The position numbers and the translations under genes were made by a program. A stretch of DNA of 64,000 nt from Roseobacter sp. (lineage in GTDB: Bacteria; Pseudomonadota; Alphaproteobacteria; Rhodobacterales; Rhodobacteraceae), in contig JADFAE010000012.1 of NCBI GenBank assembly GCA_015665415.1, forward strand, positions 56,584 through 120,583, given 5' to 3'. How positions within the stretch are numbered: the stretch's first letter is position 1; each line of letters opens with the position of its first letter. The notes under the pieces are model-generated. The model searched no databases, had not been told where the DNA came from, and worked only from the letters and a program-made list of their open reading frames with translations. Below, in pieces: positions 50,893 to 60,984 of the stretch.

Positions 50893-51339
50893 TCAGCCGT
50901 AAAGCTCTGCCGCGCGTTTCTCAAATGCCTTTACAATACGCTGCATTGCTTCGTTGAAGACAACCCCGATGATGCCCTGCAGCACCGCATTCTTGAACTC
51001 GAAATCGACAAAAAAGGCGACATCACATCCCCCATCAGGACGATCTGCAAAGCTCCAGTTCGATTTCATGTAGCGAAATGGCCCATCAAGATATTCGGTG
51101 TCGATCTTCATCTCATCCGCAAACAAGGTCACCCGGCTGCCAAAACGTTCGCGGAAGACCTTGAAGGAGATCACCAGATCTGCCTCCATTATTTCCGCCG
51201 TTCCCAAGGGCTTGCGGCTGCGAATGCGCGCCCCCGCGCACCAGGGCAGGAATTTTGGATAGTCAGCGACCCCGGCAACCAGTCCATACATTTGGTCTGC
51301 AGAATAGGGCATTTGGCGGGTTTCAGAATGCGTGGGCAT
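50893..51339 (-). CDS. ratA: RatA/Coq10 START-domain protein
   Basis: VADYPKFLPWC, DGPF, VDFEF. Confidence 0.88.
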   Translation of the reverse strand: MPTHSETRQMPYSADQMYGLVAGVADYPKFLPWCAGARIRSRKPLGTAEIMEADLVISFKVFRERFGSRVTLFADEMKIDTEYLDGPFRYMKSNWSFADRPDGGCDVAFFVDFEFKNAVLQGIIGVVFNEAMQRIVKAFEKRAAELYG

Positions 51340-51415
51340 GGGCAGCTACAATTTTATTGCTATGATCGTGTCGCGTCATGTCCTATGAACGCGCGGGAAA
51401 TTCAAGGGGTCAGCC

Positions 51416-51961
51416 ATGTCACAGCGTCCATATGTCATCGATGTGATGATTTCAGCAAAAACCATCGCCGCGCGCATCGAAGAGCTCTGCGATGAAATCA
51501 CCGCAGAGTTTCGCGACACCAACAAGCTGGTGGTCGTTGGATTGCTGCGCGGCAGTTTTGTCTTCATTGCCGATCTGGTGCGCGAGCTGGATCTGCCCAT
51601 CGAGGTCGATTTCCTCGAGGCCTCCTCTTATGGGGATGGCATGGAAAGCAGCCGAGAAGTCCGCATTCTCAAAGATTTGCGCGGTGCAATTGAAGGGCGC
51701 GACGTCTTGGTTGTCGAAGATATCGTCGACACCGGCCATACTCTGGCCCATGTCACCAAACTGCTGGCCAGCCGCAACCCGGCGCGGCTGAAATCCATCG
51801 CTCTCTTGGACAAACCCTCGCGCCGCGAAGTGGATTTTCGTTCTGACTGGATCGGATTTGAAATCCCGGATGAATTTGTTGTGGGCTATGGCATCGACTA
51901 CGCACAACGCAACCGCAACCTGCCCCATATCGGCAAGGTGCGCTTTACCGAAGAGAGCTGA
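51416..51961 (+). CDS. hpt: Hypoxanthine phosphoribosyltransferase
   Basis: [26 protein letters not shown]...RNLP. Confidence 0.96.
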   Translation: MSQRPYVIDVMISAKTIAARIEELCDEITAEFRDTNKLVVVGLLRGSFVFIADLVRELDLPIEVDFLEASSYGDGMESSREVRILKDLRGAIEGRDVLVVEDIVDTGHTLAHVTKLLASRNPARLKSIALLDKPSRREVDFRSDWIGFEIPDEFVVGYGIDYAQRNRNLPHIGKVRFTEES

Positions 51962-52089
51962 GCGGGGTCAAGCCCGGGGGTGACAGCCGTACACCCCCTG
52001 TACAGCCTCTGTGCAGCGTTCAGGAAGGTGATGCAACAAACAGGCTGTGCCGCAGACGGGGCCAAGCCGCCAGCTGAGGAGCGGATAGG

Positions 52090-52482
52090 ATGATCCAACG
52101 CAAGGGCGGCTGCCTCTGTGGCAAAGTCAGACTGCAAGCCAAAGGCGCACCTTATCGGGTGGGCCTGTGCCACTGTATGGATTGCCGCAAACACCACGGC
52201 GCATTGTTCCACGCCTCGGCGGTCTATCCAGAAGACGCAGTGACAGTTGTGGGGGATGTTCGGGACTATCAAGGCCGGTTCTTCTGCCCTGCCTGTGGCT
52301 CCTCTGTCTATTCCCGCAGCGAGGACGAGGTCGAGGTGCATCTGGGCAGTTTCGACCACCCTGACGAGTTGGCCCCAACCTATGAGCTATGGACCTGCCG
52401 CAGAGAGGCCTCCCTGCCCGAGTTCGATGCTCTGATCGGTTATGAACGGGATCGACAAGGCCAAGGGCGAAACCAAGGCTAA
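52090..52482 (+). CDS. GFA/CENP-V family zinc protein
   Basis: GGCLCG, CHCMDCRK, FCPACGS. Confidence 0.88.
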   Translation: MIQRKGGCLCGKVRLQAKGAPYRVGLCHCMDCRKHHGALFHASAVYPEDAVTVVGDVRDYQGRFFCPACGSSVYSRSEDEVEVHLGSFDHPDELAPTYELWTCRREASLPEFDALIGYERDRQGQGRNQG

Positions 52483-52503
52483 GCCGCGCGCGCGCCCGTC
52501 TCC

Positions 52504-53667
52504 TTATTGGTTCTTTGCTTCCGTATTGTTCAGGATTTCGGCAATCACCTTCGCAAAAACCCCTGCCCCCACTGGAATGGCCGCATCCGGGAAATCATAG
52601 TCGGGGTTGTGCAGCTGCGGCTGATCAACACCAGAGCCGAGCCAGAACATCGCCGCCTTTGCGCTTTTGCCAAATTGGCCAAAATCTTCTGACCAGCGCT
52701 GCGGCATATGACGAATTTCGGAGGGATGGCCCGCCGCCTCTGCGGCCGCGCTCAGGATGGCCACGGCCTCAGGGTGGTTGGTGCAGGCCTCAAACACATC
52801 GTCAAAGCTGATCTCGAACCCCAGGCCCTGGTCGCCGCAGGTCTGTTCAACCAGCGCTGTTGCCGCGCCGATGACCTGTTCCATCCGGCGGTCCGTCACT
52901 GTGCGCAGGGTGGCCCAGACCTCGCCTTCGCCGGGTGCAATGCCAAATGTGGCCTCCCCCAGTCGCGCATGGGTCAGAGTGACCAGAGCGAAATCCGCCC
53001 CAAGGTCGCCACCAGGGCCCAGGGCGACCAAACCAGGCAGCAGCGTCGCCATGGCCACAGCCGGCGAGATCCCGTCCTGTGGTGCTGCCGCATGGGAGGT
53101 GCGGCCCTTGAGCCGAATACGCATCCCCCGCGAGGCACAATTGGCCGGGCCCGAACATAAGGCGATCTGGCCAACCGCAAGCCCGGGCAGGTTATGCAGG
53201 GAAAAGGCATAGTCAGGCGCAATCTGGGCAAAGCGCGGATCGCTGATCACCGCAGCGGCCCCCTTGCCGGTCTCTTCGGCTGGTTGGAACAGCAGCACCA
53301 CACGCCCGCGCGCCGGGCGTTTCTGAGCCAGATCCTGGGCCAGCGCTGCAACCATGGTCATATGGCCGTCATGGCCACAGAGATGGCCGCGACCGGCATG
53401 GGTGGAGCGATGGGCCGCCTGCGAGACTTCCTCGATTGGCAGCCCGTCCAGCTCACAGCGGATCAAAACGCATGGCCCCGCGCCCGCCCCCTCATAGACC
53501 GCAGCAACTCCATGTCCGCCGAGGCCGTCAAAAAGGTGATCCGGGGACTGCGTCTTCAGAAAATCGGTGATGAACCTGGAGGTTTTCTCTTCGGTTCCAG
53601 AGACTTCGGGGATCCTATGTAGATCATGACGTAGCGCCGTCAGCTGCGCCAGACGCGCTGGCGTCAT
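52504..53667 (-). CDS. M20 amidohydrolase (hippurate hydrolase-like)
   Basis: [40 protein letters not shown]. Confidence 0.9.
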   Translation of the reverse strand: MTPARLAQLTALRHDLHRIPEVSGTEEKTSRFITDFLKTQSPDHLFDGLGGHGVAAVYEGAGAGPCVLIRCELDGLPIEEVSQAAHRSTHAGRGHLCGHDGHMTMVAALAQDLAQKRPARGRVVLLFQPAEETGKGAAAVISDPRFAQIAPDYAFSLHNLPGLAVGQIALCSGPANCASRGMRIRLKGRTSHAAAPQDGISPAVAMATLLPGLVALGPGGDLGADFALVTLTHARLGEATFGIAPGEGEVWATLRTVTDRRMEQVIGAATALVEQTCGDQGLGFEISFDDVFEACTNHPEAVAILSAAAEAAGHPSEIRHMPQRWSEDFGQFGKSAKAAMFWLGSGVDQPQLHNPDYDFPDAAIPVGAGVFAKVIAEILNNTEAKNQ

Positions 53668-54617
53668 GCCAGGCCCAGCTTTTCCTTGCGCGCCGCGCGC
53701 AGTTGCGCAAAATCATCGCCCGCGTGATAAGATGACCGCGTCAGAGGCGTGGCCGAAACCATCAGGAAGCCCTTGCCATAGGCGGCTTTCTCGTAGGATT
53801 TGAACTCTTCCGGAGTGACAAAACGATCAACAGCATGGTGTTTGGGGGTCGGCTGCAGATACTGCCCGATGGTGAGAAAATCGATGTCAGCGGCGCGCAT
53901 GTCATCCATCACCTGACGCACGGATTGCTCATCCTCGCCCAGGCCAACCATGATGCCCGATTTGGTGAACATCGACGGGTCCAGCTCTTTCACCCGCTGC
54001 AGCAGACGCAAAGAATGGAAATAACGCGCGCCTGGGCGCACCTCTGGGTAAAGGCCCGGCACGGTTTCAAGATTGTGGTTAAAGACATCGGGGCGGGCTT
54101 CGACCACTTGCTCCAGCACCGAAGGGTCGCATTTGATGAAGTCGGGTGTCAGAATCTCGATGGTAGTCGAGGGGCTGCGATGGCGCACGGCGCGGATGGT
54201 CTGGGCAAAATGTTCCGCCCCGCCATCTGCGATATCATCCCGGTCAACACTGGTGATCACTACGTGGTTGAGGCCCAGCTTTTGCACCGCATGCGCAACC
54301 CGGCCCGGCTCAAAGCTGTCCAGATCTTCCGGCGGTTTACCGGTGGCGATGTTGCAAAAGGTGCAGGCACGGGTGCAGACTTCGCCCATGATCATCATGG
54401 TGGCGTGGCCCTGGCTCCAGCATTCGCCAACATTGGGGCAGCCGGCTTCTTCGCAGACCGTGGTCAGCTTGTTTTCACGCATGATCTTGTGCGTTTCTGC
54501 ATATCCCTTGCCACCCGGTGCCTTGACGCGGATCCAGCTGGGTTTCTTTGGCTGGGCATTGTCCGGGCGATGTGCCTTTTCGGGATGCCGTTGCTCGGGA
54601 ATTTTCAGATCTCGCAT
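53664..54617 (-). CDS. lipA: Lipoyl synthase
   Basis: [24 protein letters not shown]. Confidence 0.98.
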   Translation of the reverse strand: MRDLKIPEQRHPEKAHRPDNAQPKKPSWIRVKAPGGKGYAETHKIMRENKLTTVCEEAGCPNVGECWSQGHATMMIMGEVCTRACTFCNIATGKPPEDLDSFEPGRVAHAVQKLGLNHVVITSVDRDDIADGGAEHFAQTIRAVRHRSPSTTIEILTPDFIKCDPSVLEQVVEARPDVFNHNLETVPGLYPEVRPGARYFHSLRLLQRVKELDPSMFTKSGIMVGLGEDEQSVRQVMDDMRAADIDFLTIGQYLQPTPKHHAVDRFVTPEEFKSYEKAAYGKGFLMVSATPLTRSSYHAGDDFAQLRAARKEKLGLA

Positions 54618-54964
54618 TGTAGGTCCGTTTCTGGCCAGAGTTCACTGTGATTTAGCACGTTCATTCCTCCGCGTCACCGCGACATTGAGATAGCTGCCCT
54701 GCAGCTGACGCATAGCAGGCAAACTTAGCCGCTCTTGGTTCAGAAATGCTTTCGTTCTGATCTGCAAAGCCAGCCTCAGCCCCCCATCTTTGGCCAGTCT
54801 TAGTCCCGATTTCCGCCCTCTGATCAGTTCAAATCTGTCTTATTTTTCAGCACCCTCTTTAGTTGCAGGAGAGAAATCACCCGCCAGCCGCAAAATCTGT
54901 TGCACCCAATTTAGAACTATTATAATCCGCTGCCCAACTGGAACATCCTGCATGGAGACAAAAG

Positions 54965-55516
54965 ATGAAAGCTGGCGTAAAGCTTCCCGAAGTGACCTTC
55001 AAAACCCGCGTGCGTGACGACAGCATCGAGGGCCCCAACCCGTTCCGTTGGGAAGACAAAACCACCGCTGACTATTTTGCAGGCAAGCGGGTTGTTCTGT
55101 TCTCGCTGCCAGGCGCTTTCACCCCTACATGCTCGACCTATCAGCTGCCCGGTTTTGAAAAAGGCTTTGCCGATTTCCAGGCTGAAGGCATCGATGCCAT
55201 CTACTGCATGTCCGTGAACGACAGCTTTGTGATGAACAAATGGGCCGAATCCCAGAACCTGGAAAACGTCGATGTGATCCCCGACGGCTCTGGTGAGTTC
55301 ACCCGCAAAATGGGCATGCTGGTGGCCAAGGACAACCTGGGCTTTGGCAACCGCTCTTGGCGCTATGCGGCCATCGTTGACAACGGCGTGGTCACAGCCT
55401 GGTTCGAAGAGCCCGGCCTGTCGGACAACCACGGCGAAGACCCCTATGGCGTCTCTTCCCCGGAAAACGTGATGAAGCACCTGAAAGAGGTGAAATCGAT
55501 CTTTGCCGCCGAATAA
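54965..55516 (+). CDS. Peroxiredoxin (Prx5-like)
   Basis: PGAFTPTCS, SVNDSFVM, DGSGEF, RSWRY. Confidence 0.92.
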   Translation: MKAGVKLPEVTFKTRVRDDSIEGPNPFRWEDKTTADYFAGKRVVLFSLPGAFTPTCSTYQLPGFEKGFADFQAEGIDAIYCMSVNDSFVMNKWAESQNLENVDVIPDGSGEFTRKMGMLVAKDNLGFGNRSWRYAAIVDNGVVTAWFEEPGLSDNHGEDPYGVSSPENVMKHLKEVKSIFAAE

Positions 55517-55536
55517 GTCTAACCGGACATTCTGAC

Positions 55537-56493
55537 CTAGGACACGGGCGCGCCATTGGCGGGCCCGTAGTCGTTTTGGGCCTGGGTCAGAATCGACAGG
55601 CCCGTGTACCGCGCCACCGCAGCCAATTCAGCAAACCACCCCTCGCCATTGGTACTGCTGCGCCGCAGGATGCCGATTTTGCGCTGAGGTTGCGGCGCGT
55701 TGAAGCGCTGGACGCACAGGCCCTGAGCCGCCTTGCATTCGGAGGCAACCGCCAGCTCCGGCATCAGAGTCAAACCAAAACCCGCCGCCACCAGACGGGA
55801 CAGGGTTGCCAGAGAGCTGGCCCCCATGTTGATGCCTGAATTCGACCGGGCGACACCGCAGACTTCCAGCGCCTGATCGGTCAGGCAATGGCCATCCTCC
55901 AACAGCATTAACTGCTCTGGCCGCAGGTCCTTGGGCTCCACTTTGGGATGGCCCGCATTGACCTGCGCCAATCGCGAAGCAGAGCCCGCAAGTAGAAAAC
56001 GATCCTCAAACAATTCTTCTTCGACCAAGCCGCCGACCCCACTGGGCAGGGCCATGATCGCCGCATCCAGTGTTCCATCTTGCAAGGATTCCAGCAATCG
56101 CTCGGTTCTGGCCTCGCGCACCTGGATGCTCAGTTGAAGATCATGCGCCCGCAGATCCGCCAGCAAGCCGGGCAACAGATAGGGAGCAATGGTGGGGATC
56201 ACGCCCAGAGACAGGCTGCGCTGGCCGCTGTCCTGATCGCGGGCAAAGCGTTCCAGATGCCCTGCGGCGCGCAGGATCTCTTCGGTCTGGGCCAGGACCT
56301 GACGTCCCAGCGGCGTCAGCACCACATCCCGCGCCCGCCGCTCGACCAGCCCGCCGCCCATCAGATCTTCCAGGGCCTTGATTTGCACCGACAAGGCCGG
56401 CTGCGACACGTGACAGGCCTGGGCCGCGCGGCCAAAGTTGCGATGCACGCAGAGCGCTTTGAAATAGCTGAGCTGACGCAGAGTGAAATTCAT
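55537..56493 (-). CDS. oxyR: Hydrogen-peroxide-sensing LysR regulator OxyR
   Basis: LysR HTH (CHVSQPALS), GVIPTIAPY, LEDGHCLTDQALEVC with both redox Cys. Confidence 0.88.
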   Translation of the reverse strand: MNFTLRQLSYFKALCVHRNFGRAAQACHVSQPALSVQIKALEDLMGGGLVERRARDVVLTPLGRQVLAQTEEILRAAGHLERFARDQDSGQRSLSLGVIPTIAPYLLPGLLADLRAHDLQLSIQVREARTERLLESLQDGTLDAAIMALPSGVGGLVEEELFEDRFLLAGSASRLAQVNAGHPKVEPKDLRPEQLMLLEDGHCLTDQALEVCGVARSNSGINMGASSLATLSRLVAAGFGLTLMPELAVASECKAAQGLCVQRFNAPQPQRKIGILRRSSTNGEGWFAELAAVARYTGLSILTQAQNDYGPANGAPVS

Positions 56494-56528
56494 AATTGCA
56501 AACTATCATCACAATAGAAGGCCACAAT
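56492..56528. promoter_or_regulatory. OxyR tetramer box ATAA-N7-CTAT-N7-ATAG-N7-CAAT
   Basis: Matches the ATAG-N7-CTAT-N7-ATAG-N7-CTAT consensus at 14 of 16 positions; overlaps the oxyR start codon. Confidence 0.7.
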
Positions 56529-56638
56529 AAAAATCTATGAAAATCACCCCGGAAACTGCGGTTTGTGAGGCCGAAGGCGCCCCCTTGTGGAATTTGCGAA
56601 AGTTTAAAACGCCCAAAGACAATGGACAGGGGCAAAAT

Positions 56639-57709
56639 TCACCCAATCATCCGACTGTTGCGCCCCTCGCTACAGCTACCATCAAGTTGATCATAAAAGT
56701 TTTTCAACTGAGACAGGGCAATCCGCAAGACGATTTTGCCTGATCTTGCGGACCAGCCCAACTGACGCTCAGCCGCTTCCAATCCTTCCAGGTGGCAACA
56801 GCAGCGAATGGCGATATCGTTGAGCCCCGACCCCAGGGCAGCAAGGGCCGCCGTTGCCCTGGTCTTGGCATCCCTTGAGGCCGGGCTGGGAGGAACTGAG
56901 GATTTGCGCCCACAGGACTGCGCGTTCAAAAAGTAATCCTGGTGTTGCGCCAGATGATCGCCGACCTGCGCCAACTCGTAATCCTCGCGCAGTCGTTTGC
57001 CTGCCTCAACCAGACTCTTTGGCAAAAACGGTGCGCCGTTTTTGTCCTGCAGACGGGCCAGCATGTCCAGCGGGGTTTCTCCCATGCCATATCGCGACCG
57101 CCGCTCCTTTGGTTTTTGATGCGCAGGGTGGTGAAAGATCGATTGCGCCTCACCAAACCCCTGTTCCAGCTTAGCCCGCGCCTGGTTCTCGCGACTGGCC
57201 ATCAACTGGCTGTAGATGGTACGCCCTGCCGGAGTGATATGATAGCGACGCAGACGGCCGGATCTGGTGCAACTGATCCAATCCAGCAGGGACATGACCC
57301 CGGCCAGCCCCTGCTCAACCGCCAGTTTGCTCAGGCTGGCATCGCCTTCTCGCACCACAACCGCCTTTTCCATTCCTTCAGCCACGGCAAGAACCGCCCC
57401 GCTTTGACACAGACGCGCCAGGACCTCCAGCGCAGCGTTCTCCAGCGTATCCTGTGCGGCATATTGACTGCTTTGCGGCTGCGTTTCCTGTCGAAAATAG
57501 CTCCTGGCCAATTCACCCAAGGCACAGTCCACCAAGGGATCATCACGACGGTTCTCCACCCTGCGAATCTGACGCAAGATTGTAGAGGGGTGACATTTCA
57601 AGTCTCTGGCCAGCTGGCGAATAGAGCAGCCCCCCTCTGTGTGCTCCAGATAACGTTGCACTTCTTTGGGGACCCATTCGGGAAGTGTTTTGATGGATTG
57701 CCTAGACAT
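56639..57709 (-). CDS. gafA: GafA-like gene transfer agent activation factor (HTH plus DUF6456)
   Basis: N-terminal HTH (SIRQLARDLKCHPSTILRQIRRVENRRDDPLVD); C-terminal CCCHLEGLEAAERQLGWSARSGKIVLRIAL; divergent DUF6477 partner; lipA...guaA synteny. Confidence 0.8.
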   Translation of the reverse strand: MSRQSIKTLPEWVPKEVQRYLEHTEGGCSIRQLARDLKCHPSTILRQIRRVENRRDDPLVDCALGELARSYFRQETQPQSSQYAAQDTLENAALEVLARLCQSGAVLAVAEGMEKAVVVREGDASLSKLAVEQGLAGVMSLLDWISCTRSGRLRRYHITPAGRTIYSQLMASRENQARAKLEQGFGEAQSIFHHPAHQKPKERRSRYGMGETPLDMLARLQDKNGAPFLPKSLVEAGKRLREDYELAQVGDHLAQHQDYFLNAQSCGRKSSVPPSPASRDAKTRATAALAALGSGLNDIAIRCCCHLEGLEAAERQLGWSARSGKIVLRIALSQLKNFYDQLDGSCSEGRNSRMIG

Positions 57710-57860
57710 GTCTGCAGATCTCCGATCGTCAGCCGGGCAAATATCCACATTCGGCCCCCGCGGTTACCCACGGGCGCAGAAGGTTTACCAGACTGATTTT
57801 AAACAGAACTTCGAGTTATCCATCATTGTTTCCAAATCGAGATCAAGCAACTGACAATGC

Positions 57861-57915
57861 ACCGTTCGCGAAACGGTACCGTTCGGCAACACCCTCATAG
57901 GTTGTGTTATGAGGG
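57861..57915. repeat. Inverted repeats in the gafA/DUF6477 divergent promoter
   Basis: ACCGTT-CGCGA-AACGGT (57861-57877) and CCCTCATA-N8-TATGAGGG (57892-57915); ACCGTTCG also occurs as a direct repeat (57861, 57878). Confidence 0.6.
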
Positions 57916-57948
57916 CACTTATACGCAAAACACAAAAGGGGTTTTTCC

Positions 57949-58311
57949 ATGCAGGATGTCATGAGCCGCCTTGCGACGCTCCACCGGCCAAGATTGCTGG
58001 TACGATCTGCGCGCACCGAAGCTGCCAATTACAACAGGACCCGAGACCTGACCCGCATTCTGGGCGGCGGCACCCTGCCCAGCCCGGGTGCCATGATCAT
58101 GCAGCTCTTGGACCTGGAACAAGAGATCAACCAACAGCGTCTCTCCCAGGATGCGGGCTATCTGATTGCCCGGCACATCGATATTTTGATCGCTTTGATG
58201 GGCGAAGCAAACTATCTACCTGCGTCCAAGGTGCCACAGGCCAAGCGGTTTCTCGGCGCAGACAAAGGGGCGGCAGCCACTTTGACCACCGCCCCTCAAA
58301 CTTCGCCTTAA
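57949..58311 (+). CDS. DUF6477 family protein (GafA partner gene)
   Basis: LHRPRLLVRSAR, YNRTRDL.RILG, HIDILIALMGE; AGGGG RBS. Confidence 0.8.
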   Translation: MQDVMSRLATLHRPRLLVRSARTEAANYNRTRDLTRILGGGTLPSPGAMIMQLLDLEQEINQQRLSQDAGYLIARHIDILIALMGEANYLPASKVPQAKRFLGADKGAAATLTTAPQTSP

Positions 58312-58347
58312 ACGGGAATTCCGTGTAAGGTCAACACCCCATAAAAA

Positions 58348-59892
58348 CTACATGAAAGTATCTGGTGTCGCTGCTTTCTTGGTCGCAACATAGGCCTCGA
58401 GTGCGGCCTTGATTTCAGGATCCAAGGGTGGGGCCTGATAGTTGGACAACAGATAGTCAACCCGGTTCGTTGCCAGGGCATAGGTATCGCGGCCCCCCTC
58501 TTCTTCCCAGGTCTCATAGGGTTTGTAGTCCAAAAGCTCCGATTTCCAGAAGGCGGTTTTGAAGTTCGCCTGGGTATGTGCGCAGCCCAGATAGTGGCCG
58601 CCGGGACCAACTTCACGGATGGCATCCATCGCCTGGTCATCCTCGGTCACCGGCACGCCTTTGGCCAGCCCATGCAGCGTACCTAGCTGATCGGCATCCA
58701 TGACGAACTTCTCAAAATCAGCGACCAGACCGCCCTCAAGCCAGCCACAGGAGTGCAGCATAAAGTTCACACCGGACAACAGCCCCATATTGAGCGAGTT
58801 CGCGGTCTCATAGGCGGCCTGTGCATCCGGCAGTTTGGAGCCACAGAAGGACCCGGCGGAACGGAAAGGCAGCTTGAGACGGCGTGCCAGCTGACCGGCA
58901 CCATAGGTCACCAGCGAGGCCTCAGGCGTGCCAAAGGTCGGCGCACCGGAGTTCATGTCGATCGAGGAAACAAAGGCCCCAAAGATCGCAGGCGCGCCGG
59001 GACGCACCAGCTGGCTATATGCAACACCGGCCATGACTTCGGCCAGAACCTGCGTCAGGGTACCTGCAACCGAAACCGGGGCCATGGCACCGCCAACGAT
59101 GAAGGGCGAGATGATGCAGGCCTGGTTGTTGGCGGCATAGATCTCCAGCGCGCCCATCATCACATCGTCAAATGTCATGGGCGAGTTGATATTGGTCAGC
59201 GAGGTCATCACGGTATTGTTCTGCACGAACTCCTTGCCGAACAGGATTTCGCACATTTCGATCGAATCCTGCGCCCGGCTGGGTTCGGTCACGGACCCCA
59301 TAAAGGGTTTGTCGCTGAGGGTCATATGCGCCAGCAGCATATCCAGGTGACGTTTGTTCACCGGAATATCGGTAGGCTCGCAAACGGTACCGCCCGAATG
59401 GTGCAACCACTTGGACATATAGGCCAGCTTCACGAATTTATTGAAGTCTTCCATGGTGGCATAGCGACGCCCGCCTTTGGAATCGCGCACAAAGGGCGGA
59501 CCGTAGACCGGGGCCAGCACCATGTTCTTGCCACCGATAACCACCGATTTTTCCGGGTTGCGGGCATGCTGGGTGAATTCGCTGGGCGCGGTGGCGCAAA
59601 GCTTGCGCGCCAGACCACGGGGAATGCGCACGCGCTCGCCCTGAACATCGGCACCAGCCTCACGCCAGCGCTGCAACGCGGCGGGGTTGTCGACAAAATT
59701 GACCCCGACCTCTTCGAGGATGATATCAGCGTTGGCCTCGATGATTTCCAAGGCCTCTTCGGTCAGAACCTCGAAGTTTGGGATATTGCGCTGGATGTAC
59801 TTCGCAGTCTCGATATTGATGCTGGTACGTTCTGCGCGACGGGCGGCGCCCCCGCCACCTCGGCTCCGACGACGTGGTGCTGCTTCAGCCAT
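58348..59892 (-). CDS. Trimethylamine methyltransferase (MttB) superfamily protein, non-pyrrolysine type
   Basis: PVYGPPFV, SGGTVCEPTD, NSPM.FD, GAPTFGTPE, HSCGWLEGGL, VGPGGHYLG; no in-frame TAG. Confidence 0.9.
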   Translation of the reverse strand: MAEAAPRRRSRGGGGAARRAERTSINIETAKYIQRNIPNFEVLTEEALEIIEANADIILEEVGVNFVDNPAALQRWREAGADVQGERVRIPRGLARKLCATAPSEFTQHARNPEKSVVIGGKNMVLAPVYGPPFVRDSKGGRRYATMEDFNKFVKLAYMSKWLHHSGGTVCEPTDIPVNKRHLDMLLAHMTLSDKPFMGSVTEPSRAQDSIEMCEILFGKEFVQNNTVMTSLTNINSPMTFDDVMMGALEIYAANNQACIISPFIVGGAMAPVSVAGTLTQVLAEVMAGVAYSQLVRPGAPAIFGAFVSSIDMNSGAPTFGTPEASLVTYGAGQLARRLKLPFRSAGSFCGSKLPDAQAAYETANSLNMGLLSGVNFMLHSCGWLEGGLVADFEKFVMDADQLGTLHGLAKGVPVTEDDQAMDAIREVGPGGHYLGCAHTQANFKTAFWKSELLDYKPYETWEEEGGRDTYALATNRVDYLLSNYQAPPLDPEIKAALEAYVATKKAATPDTFM

Positions 59893-60034
59893 GGTCTGCC
59901 CTCTTGAAGGAATTGCGTTGCGAGATTTTTATCCTGCTCTGCGCGGCCTTCGCCGAAGGATAACGGCCATTGGCGTTGAAAAGCGACATTTACCCGGCTG
60001 TTTTCCCCCAAGGGCGCGAAACCGGCTTCACCGA

Positions 60035-60766
60035 CTAGCGGCCAGAAGCGACCTGTTCAGGCCCCACCCATTGAGCTCGGCCAAAGGATTTGGCGCTGTA
60101 AAGCCTTTTGTCGGCAAGCTTGAGAATGGCATCAGTTTTCCCTGCCTCAGCCAATCCCACCAGCCCCAGGGAAAGCGTAATCCGGATCGGTTCACTTAGA
60201 TCGTCAATGCGAATCAGAACGCCGTTTGCAATGCGCTGAGCATAGGCCGTCATCGCCTCTACCTGACGAGAGGGGGCAAGCGCGATGAACTCCTCCCCGC
60301 CCCACCTGGCCACATGAACATCCTGCGGCAGCTCTGACCGCAAAACCTCTGCTACGGCGCAAAGGCTGACATCGCCCACCGAATGCCCAAACCTGTCATT
60401 GATGGATTTGAAGTGATCAACATCTATCAACAATAGGCTGCCCAGCCTGTCGTTCAGACCGGTTTCGAGAAGAACGTCCATGGCGCGACGGTTCAAGAGC
60501 CCCGTAAGCGCATCTGTACTGGCAAGTCTGGCGATTTCCGTTTTCTGGGCATCCAGTTTGGAGGCCAGTGTCAGCCCGATCAACAGACAGGGGGTTGCGA
60601 TCACAAACACGGTCCGCAAAGGCTGCACATATCCGTATTCAAGACCTCCGTCGAAAAGATACTTCTGAAGCACATAGAGTGAGATGATAAAACACATCCA
60701 AAGAACATAATGGATGGCAAACTGAAACCGACTGCGTGGCACAAGACTATTTACGATATTTTTCAT
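60035..60766 (-). CDS. Membrane-anchored diguanylate cyclase (GGDEF)
   Basis: Two TM segments; TDALTGLLNRR, IDVDHFKSINDRFGHSVGD, RWGGEEF, AD.RLY.AK..GR. Confidence 0.9.
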   Translation of the reverse strand: MKNIVNSLVPRSRFQFAIHYVLWMCFIISLYVLQKYLFDGGLEYGYVQPLRTVFVIATPCLLIGLTLASKLDAQKTEIARLASTDALTGLLNRRAMDVLLETGLNDRLGSLLLIDVDHFKSINDRFGHSVGDVSLCAVAEVLRSELPQDVHVARWGGEEFIALAPSRQVEAMTAYAQRIANGVLIRIDDLSEPIRITLSLGLVGLAEAGKTDAILKLADKRLYSAKSFGRAQWVGPEQVASGR

Positions 60767-60984
60767 GGGCGCCGCTTGCAGCAGAGTTGCTCGTGAAACT
60801 ATGGGCAAAAAAACTCTTCATTCCCCATTGCCGAAAGCTGTTTGCGCCCTATGAGACTGGAGAAACCCCCTTCCAACGCCGGGTCTCAGGGCTCTGTGCT
60901 GACCGTAACCTCTGCAGGAGAATGGCCCGCAACATGGAATAATCGGACTTGCAACATTCGCCGTCCCGGCCTATGCGCGTAAAC

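Noticed and set aside
54642-54713. 23-aa minus-strand ORF (MRQLQGSYLNVAVTRRNERAKSQ) upstream of lipA
   Set aside because: No Shine-Dalgarno and no recognisable motif; it cannot be supported without conservation or ribosome profiling data.
54890-54930. OxyR box upstream of the peroxiredoxin
   Set aside because: A TATAAT is present at 54921-54926, but no ATAG-N7-CTAT arrangement could be fitted.
56537-56743. 68-aa ORF divergent from oxyR
   Set aside because: No RBS, no similarity to catalase or AhpC N-termini, and it overlaps the gafA 3' end.
57861-57885. GTTC direct repeat as an alphaproteobacterial LexA box near gafA
   Set aside because: The spacer is 13 nt, not the 7 nt of GTTC-N7-GTTC.
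60770-60984. Riboswitch (purine, ZTP, c-di-GMP) upstream of guaA or the DGC; TGAGAC...GTCTCA stem
   Set aside because: Only one short stem is present and the conserved aptamer nucleotides are absent.
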